Positions 20,095 through 27,288 of a stretch of 64,000 nucleotides of DNA are shown in pieces. Below the pieces are notes generated by a model that was given only the letters and a program-made list of their open reading frames with translations, was not told the DNA's origin and made no database searches. Position 1 is the stretch's first letter, and the number at the start of each line of letters is the position of its first letter. The DNA is taken from contig CAVTJJ010000003.1 of NCBI GenBank assembly GCA_963735035.1, positions 96,001-160,000 on the forward strand, in the 5' to 3' direction. The DNA comes from an uncultured candidate division Zixibacteria bacterium (GTDB lineage: Bacteria > Zixibacteria > MSB-5A5 > GN15 > FEB-12). Made by a program: the position numbers and the translations under genes.

Positions 20095-21479
20095 CTATCC
20101 ACCACCATAGCTTTGAAATCAGCGCTGCAGACCAGTTGATCTTCGACATAAGCCTTGCCGGTCATCTTGCAGGTCGCATGACGGAATGATTCCATTTCCA
20201 GTTCGAACCGAAGTTGATCGCCCGGTGTGACCGTGCGACGGAACTTGGCGTTATCTATTGAGACAAAAAACGGCAGTTTGGTTTCCGGGTTCTCGACCGC
20301 CTGAAGGAGCAGCACGCCGCCCGCCTGCGCCATGGCTTCGAGTATCAGCACGCCCGGCATGATCGGATGATCGGGGAAATGACCCTGGAAGAACGGCTCG
20401 TTGAACGTGACGTTCTTGAGACCCACCACCCGCTTGCCCGGTTCGAGATCGATAATCCGATCGACCAGCAGCATCGGATAGCGGTGCGGCAGGACTTTCA
20501 GCACCCCCTGGATATCGAACAGAGCGCGGCCGCCCTTGGTGTATTTGCTGGCGATCCGCTTCTTCTTGTACAGATCGCGCATTTTGCGGGCCAGGGCGAC
20601 ATTCGCCCGATGCCCCGAACGGGCGGCCAACACGTGACCCTTGAACGGAGCGCCTATCAACGCCAGGTCGCCCAACAGATCGAGCGTCTTGTGCCGGACC
20701 GGTTCGTTGTAGAAGCGCAGGGGAATATCGTTAATGATTCCGGTCTCGCCTACAAAGGCCTCATCTTTCAGATCAAGAACTCTGCGGATGCGATCGACTT
20801 CCACCTGGCCCTTGTCGGAGTCGTACAGAACGACCGCATTATGCAGCCCGCCGCCTTTTATGAGTCCCTGCGCCTTCAGTGCTTCAATCTCGGACAGGAA
20901 GCAGAAAGTACGGGCGGGGGCGAATTCCTCGACAAACTCACTCTCGAGGTCCTGAAGGGTCGTGTATTGGGTGCCGAGAGCCGGATTCTTGTAGTCGATC
21001 ATGAAAGTGATGCGGAGATCGTTCGACGGCGTCACTACCAGATCGACCTTCCGATCCGGTTCGCTGTACGACATGGGCGTATCGATTTCGAGGTAGAACT
21101 TGTCGATGTTCTGATCTACGATCCCAGCCTTGAGCAGGCAATCGACATACGGCTTGGCCGAGCCGTCGCCGACCGGCGGTTCGTTGGAATTGAGCTCGAC
21201 AATCATGTTGTCGATCTGGAGCCCGGCGAAGGCGGCCAGAACATGCTCCACGGTATGAACTTTCGCCTCTCCCTTTTGCAGAGTGGTGCCACGGGAGATG
21301 TCGACCACGTGATCGATATCGGCCTGAACCCACGGGTGTCCGTCGAGATCGGTACGGACAAACCTGATGCCGGTATTGGGTTCGGCCGGCCGAAAGGTCA
21401 TAGTACAGGCATTGCCGGTATGTAGACCGATTCCATCCAGCGAAATCGATTCCTTGACTGTTCTTTGTTTTTCGTACAT
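20091..21479 (-). CDS. lpxC: Bifunctional LpxC deacetylase / FabZ dehydratase
   Basis: GIGLHTG, TVEHVL, ARTF, RHKTLD (LpxC); LPHRYPML, FFQGHFP, PGVLILEAMAQ (FabZ). Confidence 0.96.
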   Translation of the reverse strand: MYEKQRTVKESISLDGIGLHTGNACTMTFRPAEPNTGIRFVRTDLDGHPWVQADIDHVVDISRGTTLQKGEAKVHTVEHVLAAFAGLQIDNMIVELNSNEPPVGDGSAKPYVDCLLKAGIVDQNIDKFYLEIDTPMSYSEPDRKVDLVVTPSNDLRITFMIDYKNPALGTQYTTLQDLESEFVEEFAPARTFCFLSEIEALKAQGLIKGGGLHNAVVLYDSDKGQVEVDRIRRVLDLKDEAFVGETGIINDIPLRFYNEPVRHKTLDLLGDLALIGAPFKGHVLAARSGHRANVALARKMRDLYKKKRIASKYTKGGRALFDIQGVLKVLPHRYPMLLVDRIIDLEPGKRVVGLKNVTFNEPFFQGHFPDHPIMPGVLILEAMAQAGGVLLLQAVENPETKLPFFVSIDNAKFRRTVTPGDQLRFELEMESFRHATCKMTGKAYVEDQLVCSADFKAMVVDR

Positions 21480-21659
21480 AAGCGTCTATATGTTAATAAG
21501 TTGGCCGGAGTATATAGCCTTACGACAGGCGACTCAAGCGGTTTTTTTCGATTGCCCGGTGTAACAAGAGAGCAATCTGCCCCGTCTGTCTCCTTACTAA
21601 CTGTTGTCATATTCACGTTTTGCATTATATTGTGGCCGTACTCACCCATAGGAGACACC

Positions 21660-24600
21660 GTGATTATTCGTCCCACTGCTCTTGCCTGGCTCGTCCTCTA
21701 CATTCTGATTTCAACGACTCTCGTCGGCGCGGTCGCCAACGACACCCAAATCCGCATCACCCTGGAAAACAAGGACCAGATCAGGCAACTCTCAGCCCTT
21801 GGACTGGACATTGTTTGGATCGACCCGACCTTCGTGGAAATCTTCACCAACCCGGCCCAGGCCGATTCGCTTCGTCAGCTCGGTTTCAAGATCGAAACCG
21901 TCCACGAATCGGTGAGAGATTTCTACCGTTCGCGACTCCCCCAGAAAGACATGGGCGGCTACAAGACCCTGGCCGAGATCAACGCCTATCTCGACGCCAT
22001 GATCGCGGCGCATCCCGATATCGTCTCGACAAAGCAGTCTATTGGCACCACGATCGAAGGACGAGACATCTGGGCAGTCAAGATTTCCGATAATCCAAAT
22101 GTAGACGAAGTCGAGCCGGAGGTGCTTTTCACCGCGGCTATCCACGCCCGCGAGGTCGCCACACCGGAGATCCTGCTACATTACATGGATTACCTCACGA
22201 CTCAGTACCCCACGAATCCTGAGGTGCAGGCGTTGGTCGACGGTCGTGAAATCTGGTTCATTCTCAACTGCAACCCCGATGGATACTATTACAATCAGGT
22301 TATCGCTCCCGGCGGCCTGGGCAACTGGCGCATGAACCGTCGGGACAACGGCAACGGCACTTACGGTGTAGACATTAACCGGAATTTCGGTTACGGATGG
22401 GGGTTTGACAACATCGGTTCGTCCCCGACTCCGGGATCGGAAACATATCGTGGTTCGGCTCCCTTCTCCGAGCCCGAGACACAGGCGCTGCGCGATTTCG
22501 AGATTGCGCACCATTTCGAGCTTTCAGTGTACTATCACGCCTACGCCAATATCTTCATCTTCCCCTGGGGTTTCGTTCAACAGAATTGCCCCGATAACGA
22601 TCTTTACCGCGCTATGGGTGACACGGTTCAGGCGATGTGCGGATACCAGCCGGGGCTGGTAGCCGACCTGCTTTATCTGGCCAACGGCGGCTCGTTCGAC
22701 TGGGAATACGGGGAGCAGACTCTCAAGAACAAAATACTCGGTATTACGATCGAGGCTGGTCGAAACTCCGATGGGTTCTGGCCCACTCTGGCGCGCCTGG
22801 CGGAATTGAAGGATGAAAATCTGCAGCCGCTTTTGTTCCTCACCCGGATGGCTGGAACCGTCGACCGACTTCGTCCTCCTTCGCCGCCGGTAATAGCCGA
22901 ACTTCCCGGCCCGGTAAGCGGAGCCTCATATTCTATCGATTGGAGCGATAATGATCTGGCCAATCCGGGCGTCCGCTATGAATTGGTAGAATTGCAGAAA
23001 AGACGCGTCGCAATTGACCCTGGAAACGATCTCAATAGCTGGGGAACCGATGGTTTCAGTGCGTCGACGGCGCGTTCATTTTCAACACCGGGCTCGCTCT
23101 ATTCCGGAACGAATAATCAATACCTGGCACACCTGACGACCGCCTACCCTTATCTCGTGAAAACCGGCGATCACCTGACGTTCCGTACTTTCTTTGATAT
23201 GGAGCTCTTCCGCGACTTCGGATACGTGAGTGTCTCCACCGATGGCCGTACGTTCACTTCGATACCGGGAAATCTGACATCCGACTACAATCCCTACGGC
23301 CCCAATCGAGGCAATGGGATAACCGGTTCCTCGGGAGACTGGGTTCAGGCCGATTTCGACCTCTCGAGTTTCGTGGGACAGCAAGTCTGGTTCAAGTTCA
23401 CGTATGAGACCGACTTCTCCTTTTTCGGGGAAGGGTGGTATCTGGATAATATCTACCCGCACGTTGTTTTCGACAGCAGCACCGTGGTCAATTCCAACAT
23501 CACGGCGCTTACCTACGACTTCACGGACAAACCCCTTGGGGTCTACTATTACCAAGTCAGGGCTCAGGATGCTGAAGGGCAATGGGGCGACTTTTCGACA
23601 GTAGCCCAAGCAGACGTTCTCGGCACTGGAACCGGAGATATCGATCTCGACGGCATAGCGAACAGTCCCTCTGATCTCGCGCTGTTCAGTCTCTACTTCA
23701 GGCAGGGGATTTCGGCTTATGACATAGACCCGGCACAGCAAGTGGCCGAGACTGACATCAATTGTGATGGCTTCACATCGACCCCAGAGGACTTGATCAG
23801 TCTGGCCCGGGTGGTCGCTGAAACAGAAACACGCTGTTACAGTACTGTCGCCCCTCCTAATTCTAAGACTGATATCCTCGATTTGAGCCTGTCGACCGAC
23901 TCAAATCGTACCGTTCAATCGGCGGTCGGAACCGCTATATATGCTGTTAAATTGGAGAACACAGTCTTCCCTGACGATGATAGTGTCTTCGTAGACATAG
24001 CCCTGACCCAGGCTACGACGTCTCTCCTGGGATACCAATTCCATCTGGAGTACGACGCTGCCAGGCTTGAACTTCAGGAGGTACGAGCCGGCGACGCCAC
24101 GACCGGCTGGCAATTCTTCGATTGGCATTCATCCCAAACGGCCGGAATAGGCGAAGTCGTGATAGCATCGGTGGCACAGTACAACGGCTCAGCCATTGAT
24201 CCGGGTCAGATTAGTCTATTGCCGATTCCTGCCGGACTTGTGCACCTGAAATTCCGCGTGCTATCGCTCAATCTGGCTCTGAGTTCGGACATCAGGTTCG
24301 TATGGAGCGATTGCGGCGATAACGCGGTCGTGTGCGGCAGCTATGCGGGGAGCAATCTGCAAGTCGATTCGCTGGCTTTGTCGCGGGAAGTACGCGACTA
24401 TGCCGGAGCCGATATAACCGGCCTCGACCCGCTTTACGGTGGCGCCAACCAAAGCTGCTTCTATGAACTGTTCGGCAATCCGCCCGCAGCCGTGGTCGAT
24501 TTCGCTAACACCCGGATCGTCCGAAGTGGTGGATGTTGCGTCGGGCAGGTAGGTGACGTCAACGGTGAAGGCGGCGACGCACCCACGATCGGTGATATTT

Positions 24601-24776
24601 CCAGGCTTATCGACCATCTGTTCATTTCCGGCGTAGAGCTAACCTGTCTTCAGGAGGCCGACGTGAATCAATCGGGGGGCGCCTCGCCGACAAACGAGGA
24701 CATCACTATCGGCGACATATCTATGTTGATTGATCACCTGTTCGTAAGCGGGGTGACTCTGCCGTCCTGCTTGTAG
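21660..24776 (+). CDS. Secreted M14 zinc carboxypeptidase with immune-inhibitor-A-like, cohesin-like and two dockerin-like domains
   Basis: Signal peptide; HARE, NPDG, WRMNRR, GVDINRNF, SEPET, HAY motifs; GTG start with GGAG RBS. Confidence 0.88.
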   Translation: MIIRPTALAWLVLYILISTTLVGAVANDTQIRITLENKDQIRQLSALGLDIVWIDPTFVEIFTNPAQADSLRQLGFKIETVHESVRDFYRSRLPQKDMGGYKTLAEINAYLDAMIAAHPDIVSTKQSIGTTIEGRDIWAVKISDNPNVDEVEPEVLFTAAIHAREVATPEILLHYMDYLTTQYPTNPEVQALVDGREIWFILNCNPDGYYYNQVIAPGGLGNWRMNRRDNGNGTYGVDINRNFGYGWGFDNIGSSPTPGSETYRGSAPFSEPETQALRDFEIAHHFELSVYYHAYANIFIFPWGFVQQNCPDNDLYRAMGDTVQAMCGYQPGLVADLLYLANGGSFDWEYGEQTLKNKILGITIEAGRNSDGFWPTLARLAELKDENLQPLLFLTRMAGTVDRLRPPSPPVIAELPGPVSGASYSIDWSDNDLANPGVRYELVELQKRRVAIDPGNDLNSWGTDGFSASTARSFSTPGSLYSGTNNQYLAHLTTAYPYLVKTGDHLTFRTFFDMELFRDFGYVSVSTDGRTFTSIPGNLTSDYNPYGPNRGNGITGSSGDWVQADFDLSSFVGQQVWFKFTYETDFSFFGEGWYLDNIYPHVVFDSSTVVNSNITALTYDFTDKPLGVYYYQVRAQDAEGQWGDFSTVAQADVLGTGTGDIDLDGIANSPSDLALFSLYFRQGISAYDIDPAQQVAETDINCDGFTSTPEDLISLARVVAETETRCYSTVAPPNSKTDILDLSLSTDSNRTVQSAVGTAIYAVKLENTVFPDDDSVFVDIALTQATTSLLGYQFHLEYDAARLELQEVRAGDATTGWQFFDWHSSQTAGIGEVVIASVAQYNGSAIDPGQISLLPIPAGLVHLKFRVLSLNLALSSDIRFVWSDCGDNAVVCGSYAGSNLQVDSLALSREVRDYAGADITGLDPLYGGANQSCFYELFGNPPAAVVDFANTRIVRSGGCCVGQVGDVNGEGGDAPTIGDISRLIDHLFISGVELTCLQEADVNQSGGASPTNEDITIGDISMLIDHLFVSGVTLPSCL

Positions 24777-24801
24777 CCACCCGCTCAGATTTTGATAATC
24801 G

Positions 24802-24833
24802 GGCCGCCGTTGAACATCAACGGCGGTCTTTTT
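24802..24833 (+). terminator. Intrinsic terminator
   Basis: GGCCGCCGTTGA-ACA-TCAACGGCGGTC stem followed by TTTTT. Confidence 0.8.
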
Positions 24834-24858
24834 CATTTGTTCCTGCAGGGATATCTTC

Positions 24859-25113
24859 TCACACCTCCTTCAGCGATTTCACCTGCCGAAGCTTGCGGAA
24901 CAACTGAACGTACTCTCGCACCATAATCTCCTCCGCCTGCGACAGACCTTCCATCATGGGAATACCGATCCGAAGAACGGCCCGAACGATATCGGCGGTG
25001 GTTCGATCATACCGGTCGGCCAGTTCTTTGAGACGGCTCTTTAGTTCGTGAGAAACAAACACGTTGAGACAGTGATCGCCTCGGGTGGGTTGAGATTCCT
25101 GTTCACGGGTCAT
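24859..25113 (-). CDS. Ribbon-helix-helix (CopG-like) DNA-binding protein
   Basis: LNVFVSHELKSRLKELADRYDRTTADIVRAVL; AAAGGA RBS. Confidence 0.75.
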   Translation of the reverse strand: MTREQESQPTRGDHCLNVFVSHELKSRLKELADRYDRTTADIVRAVLRIGIPMMEGLSQAEEIMVREYVQLFRKLRQVKSLKEV

Positions 25114-25142
25114 GTCGGTTCCTTTCTTACTGCTTATTACTG

Positions 25143-25646
25143 TCAGTGATATTTTTCGTGGCCGATGAGAATCTGCGGCGTACTGATCCGGATTCCGGTC
25201 TCGGCCTCTATCTGTTTCATGACCGGCCGCCAGGTTGAGCGAGGATCTCGTTCGCGAATCAGGCGGTCGATTTCCTGACGTCGCGTCGACCGACAGACCG
25301 GGCAATCGGTAGCCGACGGCGGATCGATTCCGAACAACTCCCGGACCATCGGCGCGAGCTTACGCCTCAGCTTCCGAAGTGCCCGCCCGTGCATGGCTTC
25401 AAGGCGATGCTCGGTACGACCGGTCAGGGCTGCGATTTCGGCGCAGCTCCGGCCCATGAAGTGAATTAGTTCGATTAGCTCCCGCTCGTCTTCGGACAAT
25501 CCGGATAAGGCCGAGCGAACGCCCTGTCGAAGGTACTCCAGTCTGTCTGACTCCGGCTCGTGGCCGGGTTCAGAGGAAATCGATGCGGAAGGATCGCGGC
25601 CCAGATCGGCAATCCAGTTCTGATACACGATACGACTCGACGGCAT
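25143..25646 (-). CDS. sigma70 region-4 HTH protein with C-terminal CxxC...HxxxH domain
   Basis: ALSGLSEDERELIELIHFMGRSCAEIAALTG...HGRALRKLR; CPVC...HEKYH. Confidence 0.7.
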   Translation of the reverse strand: MPSSRIVYQNWIADLGRDPSASISSEPGHEPESDRLEYLRQGVRSALSGLSEDERELIELIHFMGRSCAEIAALTGRTEHRLEAMHGRALRKLRRKLAPMVRELFGIDPPSATDCPVCRSTRRQEIDRLIRERDPRSTWRPVMKQIEAETGIRISTPQILIGHEKYH

Positions 25647-25730
25647 TTTGATGTGGTCTCCCTTTCGGTGATTCTGTCTTTGCTGGCCGCAGACTAAGCG
25701 GCATGACATAGGGGCGCTACGACTTGCGGG

Positions 25731-25781
25731 TCACATGTGAAAGCGAGTCCGACGGCTTACCGGTATCATGTGATTCACATG
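25731..25781. promoter_or_regulatory. Two palindromic operator-like sites
   Basis: TCACATGTGA (25731-25740) and CATGTGA-T-TCACATG (25767-25781) in the divergent intergenic region. Confidence 0.5.
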
Positions 25782-25915
25782 CGTAAAGGAGATGGCCCCA
25801 TACGCCGAATAACCAAGTGGAGACAAAAAGACCTGAACTCCCGCATCAAATTTGTATATACTCTAGTGCGGATAGGTGCGGTAAGGGCTTACTCCTTGGT
25901 GAAAGTGCAAGTGGT

Positions 25916-26140
25916 ATGAGAGATTCTCGACACTCCGGTAATCGCGGCAGCATCGTAAGCGGCGTTATTATCCTCGGGATTGGGCTCTATTTTCTCGCCG
26001 TGAATTGGGACTACCTTCCCCCGCCTGAGGATAGCTGGCCGTTCTTCCTGGTGATTGTCGGGGTTGCCCTGATCATCGGCAACTTTACAGGGGGCCGAGG
26101 TAAAGACAAGAACCCGCCACCCCCCACGCCGGGATTCTGA
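25916..26140 (+). CDS. Small two-TM protein (LiaF/DUF5668-like)
   Basis: G.I..G.G..FL..N...WP..L...G..LI pattern; Pro-rich tail. Confidence 0.7.
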   Translation: MRDSRHSGNRGSIVSGVIILGIGLYFLAVNWDYLPPPEDSWPFFLVIVGVALIIGNFTGGRGKDKNPPPPTPGF

Positions 26141-26151
26141 AGGAGGCCCGT

Positions 26152-26934
26152 CTGGACAACCAGCAGTACGAGCGCGAAACGGTCTATCCGTCAGAACAGC
26201 CCAAAATCGATCCGAACGACCCGACCACGGCCTTCAAGATTCGCACCGACAATGCGTCGTTCGTTACCTCGGGCTGGACCTATGCCACGCTCACTATTTT
26301 GCTCGTACTGTACCCCACTCTTTCGCTGGTAGGGATTGGCGAAGATCCCACGGAGCTCCTGCGGAATCTCAACAAGGGCGTCCTGCTCTTCCTGCTGATT
26401 TTCACGATTCTGGTTCAGTGGAGCATCTTCCTCATAAATTACGTGACGGTGTATTTCGAAGGTACCGGCCTGGCCGGAGTTGGAGTAACTCGCCCACGCG
26501 CGCTGGATTTTGCCTGGGCCATTTCGTTCTTCTTATGCGCCTGGCTTATGCTGACCGGCCTGGCCTGGTTGTTGGCCCGAGCCGGACTCCCCCTGGCCGG
26601 TGAAATTGATCTGCTGATTCCCTCCGACGCTCTCGGGCGCGTGGTCTGGGTGGCGGTTTCGTTTACGGCGGGATTTTGCGAAGAAATCGCGTTCCGTGGG
26701 TATCTGATGACCCGCCTTCGAATACTAGGCAAGTTTCAGAGCTGGTTACTTCCCAGCCTGATTTCCGCCGTTGCTTTTGGAATCTGTCACGCCTACCAGG
26801 GAATACCGGGGTTCATTTTGGTCACCGTTTACGGGCTACTTTTCTCGTGGTTGTACATCAAGACCGGCCGGCTGTGGCCCTGTATAATTGCCCATTTCCT
26901 TCAGGACTTCGGCGCCCTGTTCCTGCCCAGATAG
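26152..26934 (+). CDS. CPBP (Abi/CAAX type II) intramembrane metalloprotease
   Basis: EEIAFRG, FGICHAYQG, IAHFLQD. Frame stays open upstream of the called 26299 start to a CTG at 26152 preceded by AGGAGG. Confidence 0.88.
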   Translation: MDNQQYERETVYPSEQPKIDPNDPTTAFKIRTDNASFVTSGWTYATLTILLVLYPTLSLVGIGEDPTELLRNLNKGVLLFLLIFTILVQWSIFLINYVTVYFEGTGLAGVGVTRPRALDFAWAISFFLCAWLMLTGLAWLLARAGLPLAGEIDLLIPSDALGRVVWVAVSFTAGFCEEIAFRGYLMTRLRILGKFQSWLLPSLISAVAFGICHAYQGIPGFILVTVYGLLFSWLYIKTGRLWPCIIAHFLQDFGALFLPR

Positions 26935-27085
26935 CCGATTCCCGAACAGGCGGACAACTCTATCTCTGCCAATAGAATCTGTAAACGGTCTGTTTCGGGT
27001 GGTTTTGGTGAGCGGCGGATTATTTGGTCTGTCAGGACCATTTTTTCTGTTGCGTATCTTCGGCCACTGCATGTATTATACAGTG

Positions 27086-27240
27086 ACGTTATGGAAGTCG
27101 GCGCCCGTGGTAGAGTGCGGGCACGCAAGATTAAGGGACGTTGGTGCCGAGTTGGGTTCCCCTCCCCCCCCTAACTCTTGGCACCACCTGGCGGCGCTAA
27201 AAATTATTCGACAGTTTGCGCCGCCAGGCTCCCCTTTTTT
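27086..27240 (+). ncRNA. Candidate structured small RNA
   Basis: TTGCGT-N18-TATTAT promoter (27050-27079), three hairpins, terminal T6 run. Confidence 0.4.
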
Positions 27241-27288
27241 CCCTCAATATCGATCTTAGATTATTCCCTCAGGTTGAGGTCTGCCGTA

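Noticed and set aside
20367..21425. Long antisense ORFs (also 36824-37915, 53274-54245, 56454-57479)
   Set aside because: Shadows of well-supported genes on the opposite strand, expected from GC-rich codon bias.
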